Below the pieces are notes generated by a model. The model did not search any database. It was not told the DNA's origin and was given only the letters and a program-made list of their open reading frames with translations. The translations under genes were made by a program, and so were the position numbers. A DNA stretch of 64,000 bases from Raillietiella orientalis (Eukaryota), in assembly GCA_036172245.1 (NCBI GenBank), contig JAYWIR010000002.1:186001-250000 (forward strand). The letters are read 5' to 3'. Shown here piece by piece: positions 37,601-50,900 of this stretch; the first letter of the stretch is position 1, and every line of letters begins with the position of its first letter.

Positions 37601-40600
37601 CAGTTGTCATACCGCTTAACTTACCAAGGACGAAGAAATCGCTTTTTTTTCTTTCTTTCTTTTTCCTGTTTCTCGGAGGAACAAAAACGCGGATCTGCCA
37701 GCACGATCTGCACGATAAGTAGGAAGACTCGATGCATGTTGAACTCCACTTGAGAGGTCTTTCGCGGTTTGTGTTTTGTTACGAGGTGTGCAGATCCAGG
37801 TCCATGCGGATTTCGAAACGTTCTCTTTTTTGCTTCCGAGTCGGAGAACACCCAACACATCCCACCTGCCTTCGAAAATGTGGTGCAGTCCCGTTTCGTT
37901 TGCTTGCAAGAGTTACCCCTTTCGCCTCTGTTTGAAAAAAGAACAAGAAGAGGAGAAATGATGTTTGGACCCATCGCGTTTGTGGCTGTTGCGAGCATCT
38001 CTTTGCACCTCTGAACTTTCTTTGATTTCCACAGGCAGGACCACGCGATTCGCGTCTTCCATGCTTTGTTTTTTGATTTCTTGCGTGAAATGTACCGGCG
38101 GCATATTGGTTTTGCCCGTCGAAATAAAGTTGGTCTCCGCAAATGTTCCGTTTTCGGCAGCATACATGTCACACTCATCACAAGAGGACGAGATCAAGTT
38201 TGCCCTGCTATGCTGTGTTCGTACATGTGAATGTGTGATTCGCTTCAAGATCGTATGAAATTGACCAAACACGACACTGTAGTGCAAACAGTGCCAGCGG
38301 TCATGTTACACAGTAATGGTATCCGTCTTCCAGCAAGTCCTTTCTCCTGGAATATTTTGCAGGTGGTTGATGGGACCGTTCCCATGTCGAGCCGTTCCAC
38401 GAACAGCGCCGGGGAGAATCGGGAGAATCTTTGCAGCTCGGAAGTCTCGCTCAGATCCGTGGCATGCAAAATGAAAAACATGTAGCCAATTTTTTACTAG
38501 CCACTGTGTGTGTAATGCAACGAAGCCGTCGGAAAAATGGAAAATGATCGCAACGTGTGCCGTAGATTTCAATGATTAAATTTCATTCGCTTTTTTTTTT
38601 TTTTTTTTGAGAGAGAGAGAGAGGGAGGGAATGTTGCGTCGTGAGCTTTGCCCGTGTTAATATTCCCCACAAGACCTGTTCCTTATCGTCCATAATACTA
38701 AAATCCCGTAGACCAGCGCTGGATTTTTTTTTTTTAGATTCATGTATGGCGTGGCAACTTCACCTGTTCGTATATTACTAAGTGTGACACAGGTATGCTG
38801 TGTTCCGTTGTAGGACGCGTTTAAGCAAAGGTCTGAGGTGTGTTTCTCCGATTTGTGTGGGCGGAAATGAGACGCATCGAAATCGAGGAATTGAGATGCT
38901 TCGTGTCGCCACTCTACTTTAAGGATGAGCCAAAATGATTTGCACTTGGCTCCGAAACTCAAGATCAGCACAGCGTTATCTTTTTACCCGTGTAATGTTC
39001 AAATTATCGGAACGTTATAGATAAAAAATTCCGAGATAAACAGTCCATTTTTCAAAGACAGCGTTACGTAGTTAAAATAAAGAACTCGTGTTTGTTTGTT
39101 TGTTTTCTCCCTGGTGCAAGCTGTCGAACGACTCAAATTGTCCCAAGATTGGTTCGCATGCAAAAGGATGGTAAGAGGCACTCCTGGGTGCTTCGAAACC
39201 TCGGGAAAAACTTCTGGAACGCCCAAGTGTTGAGATGAGGAAGAAACGTTCCCATCGGTTCCACGTGAGCACTGTTCCCCTGGTCGGAGTTTGGAACGAA
39301 GAAACCACATCGGTCAGATGGACGATGAAGAGGGTACCGAGAACAAAACTGGCAGAAGATGCTGCGTGAGGCAAGTAAGACAGCAAACGACTGTTCCGCC
39401 AGAAAAACTCTCCAGAAGGAATCTCCAGAAACTTGTCTCTCACGGGTCCGAGCCCGTTTGATGGATGCAGTTCGCTCTTAGTGCCTGAACAGGTCAATTG
39501 GTGCAAGGTTGTGCCCACCCTCTTTTCCGATGGGTTGCTTGTGACTCTTTACGAAGTCACTGGAGGCAAGAAAAAAAGAAGAGAAATCATACCCAGTAGC
39601 ACATGCTTGATCATTTGGTTATTACTCTAAGAGCATCATCTCGCAGTGTGCCATCAACGACGCGGAATCGTTGAGATGAGCCAAGCAACGTGCGGCAGTC
39701 AGTAAAAGAGAAAATGGGATTTTCCGCAACGGAATTTTCACTTGACTTGTAAATAGTGGATCCTAAATATAACATAAATGTAAACAGCCATTGACAAGAG
39801 ACAATTTCTGCCTCCTTCTGTATTGATGAACGTCATGGCTACTGGTGACTGAAAACACCAGGAAAGCTATCGAGTGAAACCCCGTAGATCACGGTAGAAA
39901 TTCAATTCTCTTGTTCTCGCTTCTCCAGGGTGCACATATGCTAAATGTGAGATCAGCTCTCCTCTTTTGTATTCATCGGGAAGTCTGCTCTTTATTCGTT
40001 CAAGTATTCTATAAAAGTTTTCCATAAAAGTTGGAAATGCCATCAGATGGTTCGGGCTGCTTCAGTCTTCACAATTCGATTCACACAGCTCGTCCAGCTC
40101 ACGTTTTCGTTAGAACTGATTTAATCTGGCTCAGTATCCCAGCTGGGTTCTGACTCACTCTTAAAGTTTCCTAGGGAACCGAAACGTGTCTTTGTCTTCT
40201 AATTGTGTAGTGTCTTCTACCAATGGCAGTACGCTTTCCTAAGGATACAAATGGTTTATAAATTCTCCTTTAAAACGATAATTTTCCGACGAACACACAC
40301 AAAGCATAAAGGATTCCGGATATTGTAGGGGGAACACGGAACACATGTCAAAAGTTTGGGTCCAAATCCTGTGCGCCTTTTGCATTTGCCTGATGTCGTT
40401 AACTGGTACTGTCTGCAAAGGCCTTGTTTAGCCGCGTTGATTTTAATAAAGCACCTTCGTGAATTAATTATAGATGATAATGAAGGACTGTTGTCCTTAT
40501 GTAGCCTTCGAGTGATGCTGGGAAATTTAGAAAGGAATAATCACCGAAACAGATTACTCTTGCGACATAGCATTCCTGGACACAAAAGCAGATATTCTTT

Positions 40601-40978
40601 CTCGAAAGCCAAAGAAAAAAGAAAAGAAATTCTGCCATTATCATCACGTAAGCGTAGAACAAAGTGAAAATCAAAGTTCCCATGAGATCTTCACTTCCCC
40701 CTCTGATTAATCCCGGTCGTACCCACGGAAGCACACTCTTTTCGCAGTTTTGGAAGTGTTTCCTCTCTGAGCACCTCATCTGTATACAAGTGTAGCGTTC
40801 GATTCCTGTCGTGAGACGTCGCATCCACGCTGTGCTATGGAGGAAGTACCAGGATCAAAAGAGATACACCAGTGTTTTCATGAATGGCACAGAAAGGTGC
40901 TCGCTCACCAGTTTGAATTGAATCCGATTGAATATTGAGCTTTTCCCTGCCGGGACACCGGACAGGGAAAGCCTGCCT

Positions 40979-41154
40979 GGTGTCCCAGCGGCTTTCCTCG
41001 CGAGTGCGTGGATGGGTCTGCAACATTCAATCTGTGCGTTTCTTAAATAGATGAGCCACGTGAAACCGACCCTCTCCAAGTGTGGCTCCGCTGCGTGACG
41101 TCAGCGTGCGCGATCGGCATGGCAGCCAACGATGCAATCTCGAGGAGGGGAAGG
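40979..41154 (+). repeat. Direct duplication ~175 bp, copy 1
   Basis: High-identity match to 42325-42496, including GTGCGTGGATGGGTCTGCAACATTCAATCTGTG...TTTCTTAAATAG. Confidence 0.95.
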
Positions 41155-42324
41155 AGTCGCCGGCGTGTGGCGCTTTGCCCTCTGATACGGCGTGCAATAT
41201 GACTCCGTTCATTGAAAATTTCGATGAAACGAAGCGCAAGACACCTCTGCATGCTCTTTTGTTGTTCCCAACAGCTCGTCTGCCTATCTCTTCCGTTCGT
41301 ATAGAGGATTAGGGAGCCTCCTCGAGGTTGGTTCATATGTGATTTCGTGAACAAAGGGAGAATACGGGGCACGGAGAAGATTGAGGATTTCGGTGTCCCA
41401 GCTCGCGAGAGAAACAGCTTCTTCCAGCCCTGGGAATCGGAACGTTTCCTGGATTGTGACATGCCCTGGTTCCCCATTCTAGGGCTTCTGACCACGTTAC
41501 TTTGAGAATGGTCATGTCGAGGTAGCCTGGCCTTAAAGAGAAGAATGCTTTCTTGGTACATCCGTCCTCGAATATTACGGCATTTCTCGCTACGTCATTC
41601 TGGGGTAGCACGGTGGCGCTTTACCTCAAGTTTCCCTGTTTCACTCCCCCCCACCCTTCCTTTCGCTTCCTCTCTCCCGTACGCAGTCAACGTCTTTCAT
41701 CGTCGAGAAACCCACGTTTGACGCAGAGGGTTGAACTCACAAGACGCGGGATCAGGCAAGGGTTAGAGCTCCGGATGTGGGCCGCATGCCCTTCGGTAGC
41801 TTTCAGACAGAGTCTGGGAAATCGAAACCGGGAGCAAGGAGAGGAGGACCTCAGCTGGTAGGGAGGGAAGAGAGTGCGCGTCCTCGGTCGCCGTCGTGTT
41901 GCGATACTTGCCGGCAGCCCGGTCGCAGCTCTGGCAGGGACCGGTGCTCGAAGGAAGGGTGGGAGTCCCCCCCCCCGCCTCGAAGGGGAGGAGGGAGGGC
42001 GCTGCGAGCTGGCTCGTCTCCGTCGTTGCTTCTCAGGAGGAGGAGCGCCTTTGACAGTCTCTCTGGGAGTGTTGGAGGCGGTTCAGAGGGAGCGCCACGA
42101 AGCCTCCTGCGGGCACAGGTGCGCGTTCTGAGGCGCCCATGGTCAGGTAAGGTGCGTATCGGGAGCTCCGTCCGCTTGCCGGCCAGTCGGGGTGGTTCCA
42201 ATGGCTCTGCAGAAGCAGGCGATGCAGCAGGCATTCCTGCACCCTCCTTCCCTTTTCCATCTCGCGTCTGGAAGTGCGGCACCCTTTCTCCTGCTAAACT
42301 TTCAACGTTCGGTGCGCTGGGTCA

Positions 42325-42496
42325 GGTGTCCCGGCGACTTTTCCCGCGCGTGCGTGGATGGGTCTGCAACATTCAATCTGTGTTTCTTAAATAGGTGAAC
42401 CACGTGAAACCGGCGCTCTCCAAGTGGCTCCGCGGCGTGACGTTAGCGTGCGCGATCGGCATGGCGGCCAACAATGCAATCTCGAGGGAGGGAAGG
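42325..42496 (+). repeat. Direct duplication ~175 bp, copy 2
   Basis: High-identity match to 40979-41154. Confidence 0.95.
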
Positions 42497-44656
42497 CCGA
42501 TTCCCCTTCCGCCCCCATCTCCGTGACGACGACAGCAATCTTCCGTCATCCAGATGAAATCGGGAAGGGAAAGCCGACTGTGGCGCGGTGCTGCCTCCGT
42601 CCGTCCCGCCGTCCGTCGGTGGCGGTCTCAGAGCGCGAAGGGCGTTCGCAGCAGCATCCCCTGGAGGGGCTCCCAGGTTGCGAAGCTGAGGGCGTCCTTC
42701 AGAAACGCCCGGGGGCTTTTCGCGGATCCCTTTCGGAGAGGCTCGCGCCTCTCCGAGGATCAGGTCAGGCCGGGTTGCGCGCTTCCTTTCCTGCCCGGAG
42801 GGCGGTATCCGTCGCTGCAACACCCGCTGTGCCCAGTCATCTCTTTCGCCCGTGCCTTGGGGGACTCTTTCGAGCCGTCCGGGAGCACGCAGTCCGAACA
42901 AACGACGGGCGCGGGACACCCCCTCGGGATCCTCAGCGACTTCCTCCTTCATGTACTTGGGTTACGTAGAAGGCTGATGGAGGCTTCCGGAGGAGATTCA
43001 ACCTCGGCGAGCGAGCGCGTATCGTCCGCCCTCAAATCTTCAGGTGCTGTCCGCGTCCCTCGCCTTTTTCTTCCTTCTGGCTCTTGCCCTGTGCGCGCTC
43101 GGCCTCATGCAGGGGCAGCTCGGACCGCGCGATCGATCCGCTCCTTGCGGAGGCTGCGGCGACGGGTAGTTCCGGCAGCTGCCGCCGAGGGATGAGCGCC
43201 GGCAGAGAACTCTTCCGGCGTGAGGTGGTAGCTGCCCGCGCGCTCTCGCGGGCGTCAGCTTCCTGGTTTCTCGCGCTCTTCCAGCTGTCGCCACCGGGTG
43301 ACCTCTCTCCGTAGGGCATCGCGCGATCACCGGAGGACCCGCATCCGGGTCGTAGCGTCCACAGCGGGGGGCACGCCGAGCGTCTCTCGGATGACCTGCG
43401 TTGGAAGGAGACGGACCTCTTCCTCCAGCCGGGGACGATCCTTCTCTGGGCCCTTCCTCGTTTCCCCGATCTTCCGCTGAGAGCGCCGCCGTCGCCTGAT
43501 CGGACCTCTACTTCTTTCACCGGACTGTGATGGAGGGACCTAGCTACTTCCGGTCAACCACCTGCGGCCCATCTCTCGGGGGGCAGGAACCGCCAACACT
43601 CTCCCCTGCAGCTTGCAGGTCCGCACCGCGTGTCAGCAGCGAGGCGAGAAGGACGTGACAGACGCGAGAAGGACGGACGGCACGGGATGGGGTAGAATGG
43701 GGCGGGGAGGGCAAGCCGGCCCTTTGAGCTGGAGGTGGAGAGGATGTGCGGCAAGAGCTCCCGGTCGACGGCGGTGCAGGGAAAAAGGGGGTGGGATGGG
43801 GAGTTCCAACTGATCTCCAGGACAACCTCTCGGCCCTCCTTCGGGGAAGGCGGAAGAAAATGGGACGGAAAAGATGAGCGCCGGCATCTTCCCTCGCAGA
43901 GGGCTTGCTTTCTGGAGGCGGAGATCGTATCATCCTTCTCCCTTGACCGCACCAGAGGGCGGAGGGTTGCGGGCCGCAGAGCAGGACCAGCCCTTCCGCC
44001 AGAGGTGCCTCATGGCGTCTGGGAGTCTCGGAAGAGCTCCCTGCTGGTCCGAAAGCGCATTGGGCCGACGGGAGAGACCCTCTTCCACCTGTCGAGCCTT
44101 GAGCCCCTCGTCAGGGGGGCACCTCCCGCGCCTTGAACAGGTTTCCTGCAACGCATTGAGCGGGCCTTTCCACCTATCTTCCCCACTCCGGTATTCAGCC
44201 CCTCTTCCTCCTTTTCCACTCTTTATAAGTAGCGCGCGTGGCGTCTGCCCGGCCACCTCGCTTGCGCACGCGCACAGGGAGGCGCCGCGCCCGTTCTACC
44301 GCAGAGTACCGCAGAGCAGCGTGAAGCGCGCTCCGGACAGCGGCCGGCTGCGGTAGACACGACCGGTGCCGAGTGGTTTCCTGAGCGGGACGCGGAGACC
44401 GCCCGCGGCTCTCTCCGCGGCGCGGGCTGACCACGACCCAGGAAACCTGTGGAGGAAGGAGTGTCCGTTCCTCCTACATTTGGAGGGAACCCCGAAGGAA
44501 GTCTCTTCCTTATTCTTTCCAGAGGGACCCCCGGAAAGGCAACCTCTCCTTGTTGGTGCTCCTCTGAAGAGAACCCCGAAGGGACGCTTCCCATTTTCGC
44601 GCTCCCCGAAGGAAGCCGCGCGCTTCTGGACACTCTGGAGACGCACCAACCAGATC

Positions 44657-44695
44657 CATCTCCTTCCTCGAGGATCCTCCTCGAGGAAGGAGATG
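44657..44695. repeat. Perfect inverted repeat, 17-bp stem, 5-nt loop
   Basis: CATCTCCTTCCTCGAGG-ATCCT-CCTCGAGGAAGGAGATG. Confidence 0.95.
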
Positions 44696-46749
44696 CCTCC
44701 ATTTTCATTGCCTGAAGGGAACGGCCCTTTGATTCCTGTGAGGGACCCCGGAGGGTCGACTTTCCATCTCTGCCAGTCAACGGGGGCATCCGGTTTTAAC
44801 AGCTTCCGGTGTCGCACCCGAATAGAGGCCGACCAGCGCCATCTTGCGGGAGGAACTCGAAACTCAAGACGCACTCCACTCCCTATCTCTCGGCGTCCAT
44901 CCTCCACGTGGGGATTCGAGTTCGCAACGCTTGGAACCACGCTCGGGGACCGCTGAGCGAGGGAGGAATAACTAGCCCCCCTTCGACGCACAGCTGCAGA
45001 TCATCAAAGCCAGGAAGCCGGCCTCAGGGAAGTAGGGTAGCTTGTGCACGGACACCGAAGGGGAGAGTCCTCCGGGGAATGGACTCGGGACCAACGAAGA
45101 GCCCACCTGGAACTCCTCGAGGGGAGCCGGCAGAAACATCAGAACTTGTGAAAGGAAATGAGATCGACTGTCTCTCCTCTTCCTTGTCAGAGGGTGCGCA
45201 ATCGGCGGGATCTCTAGCATCTGGGTGTGCACGCGGTCCCCAGGGAACCGGACCCCGCTCACCCCTGCGCGCGGGCGGAGGGCACGGAGAGGAAGAGATG
45301 GTTGTGGTGTGCGCCAGCATCCAGCGTGATCGAGGCACGTGTCGGGATCACCTTCATTCGTGGATGGGCAGCTGCCAGAGGACCCCCGCTCGGAGGACTG
45401 GAGTGGGAACTGTCGAGCGTCTCCCACCCCACCCTGCCACTCTGGCAGGCCACTGCAGCATCAGGGATCACCTCTTCCTCCCTGTTTTACATCTTCATTC
45501 TTTGTGTGGTAGTTTCCCAGGGAGAAGAAACGTCCCTGGCATGAATACCGGGCGAGGAAGTTAGGAGTATCTAGACCTACTCAGATTAGCCAGCTGCAGG
45601 TCGAGCCAAGGGCGTGAACTCGGCAGAATCATTGTCGGCGCTGGCGGTTGACCTTGGACCTCCACGTGGTCTCCTCACCGCCGGCTGACCGCAGCTCCGG
45701 GGGAGAGGCCCTGCTTAGAATGAGGGGAGCAGGCAGGGAAGGACAGGAGCGAGCAGAGCCGAGCCACGGCCCAACCGTGCACGCGCGGTCCACATCCAGC
45801 ATCTCCCTCCCGAGAGCGATCGGATGCCCTCGGTTTCGAGCGGTTCCTCTTCTTCAGGCAAGAGGGTGCCCTCCTTCTGGACATCCTCGCTTCGTACATC
45901 GGCCGGTGGCTCTCCAGAGTTCCCCTGATCCCCTGGGGACGCAGCGTCCAGAGAAGCTGCTGTCCTTTCATCCTTCGAACCCCCTTGAGGTCGCCCTTCG
46001 ACTCTCCGCAGACTTTAGCATCTTTGGCCTTCGGACACGCCCCAGAAGGATTGTCCCTCTGATGCTTCGCCAGGTCGTTCTCTTGAACTGGCAGATTTCT
46101 TTCCATCTCTCTTTGCCTGAAGGTCGAGGGACCCAACGGAGACGCCTTCCGGAATGCGTCTCGTCTCGCCGGCTTGCCTTCCCTGGCAGCCGCGCCGATC
46201 CTCCGAACCCTCTTTCCGGATCCATGCTTCTTGATGATGGCTTTGCAGCTTCCTGCTGGTGACAGACTGCGTGAGAGGGCACGTTCTACGGAGAATCCAG
46301 GAAGGGAGGCATTATGGACAGCTCCCGAGCTTTTCGCCAGCGGAATTTTTTCCCGTTCGGGTCGACGGGAGACCCTGCTTTTGCGGGATCGGCCCGAGGC
46401 AGGGCAGCGATCGCCTACCCTGCTGGTGCAGTTCGAACCCCCACGGCGTAGCCCTCGCACCACGTGTCATCTTTGACTGGCCCTGCGCGCGATCAGGAGG
46501 TGGCGCGCAGACCTCGGTTAGACTCAAGCACCTCACCAGACAGGAGATGTTCGTGCGTCTCGTGGAAAGACACAGGTCACTCGGTACAAAAAGTCTCCAC
46601 CGCTCCGAGTGCGCCACCCATCAACTCGGGGGGCTTCCACGTGGGGGCGTCTGAGAACTCGGCCCCCCTCTGGTCGCAGTAAAGCCGCCGGCAAACGCAC
46701 GTCCCTATCGGTTGGGTTGCGTTCCAAATACCGAAAGATCGTAAAAAAC

Positions 46750-47900
46750 AAATCTATACATTTATTATGTATATTAATCTATAGATTTACATGTGGATTA
46801 TGAAATAGGAAAATAAATCTATGTCCCCGTTATGTATATCGATATATATGTATATACATATTTACATATAGATTAACATTCCTTACGAAGATTAGGACAA
46901 TAAATATATACGCTCATTATGTATATGTATATATATTTTTACATATGTATATTGAGTTTCTCCAGTCCCATGAGGGGTGGGGTAAATTTATTTATCTACA
47001 TTCATGCTACAAAACACATTCACTAAAGACAGGGCACAGATGAACTGTTTTCTTAAGTTCATTTCATTTTGGGGGGACTGTACTTGGGTCTATGCACTAT
47101 GTAGGGCTGGGCGTTGGGTGTGCCTGGACGGTGTCCTCGATCCTTTTCAGGATGTAGCTGTACGTCCAGGCCTGCACTCTTCCACAGTTCCTGATACCAA
47201 TCTCCTTTTCGATGATCCCGTAATCAGGATTTCCACGGGAGATTGGCTAACCTGGAGTTCCTCATCTTCCAGCATCGTATAAGGATGGCAGTGATGAATA
47301 GGACGATGGTCGTCCTTACCATCGGACTGTAACGGGACACGTCTACAGTTCCCTGGAACATCCTGGCGAGGAATTCCATCTTCGTGTTGTTTGGCAGCCC
47401 TATGACTCTCTTCAGGATTTGCCATTCTTGATGCATTGTGGGAGAGGTCAAGACGTGAAGTCTTGTCTCGTATCCACGTCACAGCATGCCCTGCAATCCT
47501 TTTTCGTTTAGTTGCTCGTCCAGTGTTTCATTCTGGAACCACCTAGGATTCCTCCGTGATAAAACATCAGGAGGTTATCCTGGGTGTCCGGCGGTATATA
47601 CTGATGCAATATTCGTGTATACATGTGTATATTGATATATACATATTTACATATAGATAAATATATTAGAAATATTTTAAGACCATAATTCCCCCAACTA
47701 ATTAACTTTAAAATTTCTAATTAAAAGGTAATATATTATATATTAATAATATAAAGATAAAACGTATGTGCTCATTATGTATATTGATACATATACTACA
47801 TACAGATTAATATACAAATTTATTTTCACACATTTATTAACCTTCATCAACATACATATCATGAATTACATTGATATGTATAATAAACATCCGTATTTAG
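46750..47900. repeat. Two AT-rich low-complexity (TA/TATG-like) tracts, ~46750-47000 and ~47600-47900
   Basis: Runs such as ATATATGTATATACATATTTACATATAGAT, flanked by GC-richer blocks. Confidence 0.75.
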
Positions 47901-50900
47901 TTTTTGTGATCTTTAGGGGTTTTGGTTTCCGAGATTTTGATCGGCGCTACCGTCCGTCGTGCTCCCTGCGCTCAGGGAACCGAAGTACGCTGGTGCGTCC
48001 GCTGGTGCGGTTGGTGGTGGTGGTGGTGGCCTGGCGCGAGTGCGAAGCGGGACCAGACTTGGGAAGCACGCGGGAGACGGAATCATTTCTTGGCGACCAG
48101 GTGACGAGCCTTCAGAGAACTCCTCTTGAAGGGGCATGTCAGACCTCTGACGCTCTCCGTGCAGACGCCAGTAGCGCGTCCGCAGGTGCAGGCGCGGTTC
48201 TTACAGGCACGGCTGAATGCATTGACTGACATGCTCGAGCGCACATCTTCCGCTGCGACGCCGGCGATTCTCGATCTACTGTGGAAATCCTACTCGGCGT
48301 GAAGATCAGTCTGGAGTCAGCGATCTCCGCAGGCGATGAACCCCGGGGGCGTGCTTCCCGTTCCTATTCCGGAATCCCGTCCTTCCCTGGGTCCCGATGC
48401 TACCGCTTCTCCAGAGCCATCCCTTAGTGGGCTCCGAGGGATACTCTTTGCTTGTACGGTGATCTGGTATGAGGGCGTTGGTCACTCGCTCCCCCCGTGA
48501 TCCGTCAACACGCGTCTCCTCGTCTCCATCCGCGTCCACTGGAGCTCTATCGCAGATCCGTCCTGGTCGTTTCCTGGACACAAATGGTCTCAGATCTTTC
48601 GGAGGCCACGCTGTCGCCGTGTCGGCGTGCCGTCGACTACCCGCATGAGGTCGCGCTGACACCGCGCTCATCCAAATCGATCCTCTGGGCTCCTTCCTGG
48701 CTCCGAGGCTCCTTCCCAAAAGGTCCCCGTCCGCTGAAACGGTATTTGAGCCATCGGATGTGTTGTCCGGACCCTGCAAAGATGCGAGGATCCTCTCCAC
48801 CTCTCTGCTCAACCGCTTGCATGATCCTCGGAGGCCGAGGGCCACCGTCACCGATGCGAATAGGAGGGAAACCAAAGTGATGGTGGGTGGACTGGGATGA
48901 TGCGGTGGGCGGGCTCACCGACGCGCCTTCGATGTTTCCTGAAGAATCCGATCGAGGGCTTGAGAGCATTTCCTTTCATGGACCTCGCGAAGGGATCCGG
49001 CCGAGGACAGCGCGGAAGCAGCAACGACAGAGTCTGGAAGTCGTGACCTTCTAGCCAAACGAAGGGACTGCAAAGATGATATCATGCCCCAAGGCATGAT
49101 ACCATCCTTGCAGCTGATGGAAATCTTTCGCAATACGGGCGCGATTGAGAGAGGCCATGAGGAAGATCTCGTGAGCAGCAGTTTCTTCTCCCTCAGAACG
49201 AGGGTAACGCAGAAATTCCCCACAGCACTGTTGGTAAGAAAACGGTTCATCCTCAGAGGATCATCCTGCAGAGACATCATCCTGCATTGGATCTCCTGAG
49301 AGGGGATACCGCGCTGGCGTTGCTGTTTCCATACCTGGCCATCTCATCCGCGCTTCCTCCAGACAGTGATGCTTGGCGGGCGAGGTGCTCGACTTACGGA
49401 TCAACTGAAGGGAAATGCCTGGGATTTAATGCTGCGAGGGTCCTTACTGTTCCCATTTTTCCTCCAGGATTACGGAGACAGGAGCATCCAAGAGATAAAA
49501 ATAAAACCGTGCAGCACGAATGCAGGATTTTCTCGACTCGGTTCTCCGGAGATGCCTTGCAGTCCATTACCCGTAACGAATCCTCAAGGATGAAATTCCA
49601 GAGCACTTCATTGCAGAAACAGGTTCATCATTCGCAGATCAAGGTGTTTCTAAGTGCGGAGGAGTGTTCTTCTCTCATAAGCATCTCATTTGCTCTCCAA
49701 ATGGGATCCACAAACAAGACCACGCTCAGAGCTCCTCGTTGCTGTTCTACTGATACTGCAACGGAGCTTGATCGCTAAGCGAGCAGATGTGCGACGGACT
49801 TTTTATTGTTTCTTTCTTTCTTTCTTTAGATTCTTCAGTCCGCCTCTAAGAACTGGAATCCACCCTGAGAGGTGGCAGCTGGATGAACTCGCAAATCTGT
49901 CCGAGGCCAGTCGGCTTTAGCGATCCAAGAAGAAAGCCATGCCGTGAAGCTCCTTCTGGTATCCAGGCGAGTCGGGTTTTCTCGTCGAAACGCTCGAGAA
50001 CCACTCAACTGCCACAAGACCACGGTTGGATCAACTTCCGGTAGATTCGGCACTTACCCCGTTCCAACAGAACAGCGCTGAAGCTGCTGCCAGCACTTGC
50101 AGCATAGGCATGCTGTTGAAGCTTCGACTCTTTTCCTGACCTCGCTGACGATAAGAAGAGGTTTCGCATTCCCCCCTTTTTAAAACAAGAAAAGTGCAAA
50201 GGAATGGTCTCGTACGACATTTTTCCAAGGGAACTGCATGTCTCTACAAAGAGCGCGCTAATTTTTTCCTCTGTGCTCCACAAAGATTTTTGCAGTGTCA
50301 CAAAGCACACCACGAACGGCTGAACCAGAAATAGCGTCCAATTTTAGATAAACTCCAGGAGATACTCTCGAAGAACGTGGCAGAATCGGTTGAAGCAGTT
50401 TTATATTATGAGCACACCGATGTGAACACCGCTTTATCAGCTCTCTCGTTCCTTTGCTTTCACTCTTTCCTTTTTCTTTCCATATCAGAGTGCCGCAGTT
50501 CTTTACCAGTCTACGGGGTTGAAGTCACTCCACGGAGTGCTTTTCTCCTTCATGCCTGAAGAGCAGTTTTCGAGAAATAGGGAAGTAGAAAGCCCCAAAC
50601 GTCCAGCAGTCAACTCGGCAGTAGCGAAGACCCCCATTTCTACCAGTGGGGTCAACCGAGTGTGTCGCTTAACAAAGAGCGTATTCTGGAGATTGGCCAA
50701 GGTATCGGACAAAGTGCGTGTGAAGTTTCCTTGCCCTCGAGCAATCGATTATTTTTTTAAAACAGTCGCTGTTCAAATTCCTTCAACACTCTGATAACAG
50801 CGGTACCGATCCAACGTAAGAAAGTTCACCGTCAGGTCGCAGCAACTATTGGGAAGGAAATTAGCTGAGAGGAGAACTTTCAGTTCGGTACCAAAGTTCA

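Noticed and set aside
44485..44755. CRISPR-like array
   Set aside because: Repeats are degenerate and irregular, the context is eukaryotic, and there are no cas genes.
41777..46682. Numerous 130-260 aa ORFs in the GC-rich block
   Set aside because: Expected from stop-codon scarcity at high GC; they overlap in all frames and show no motifs.
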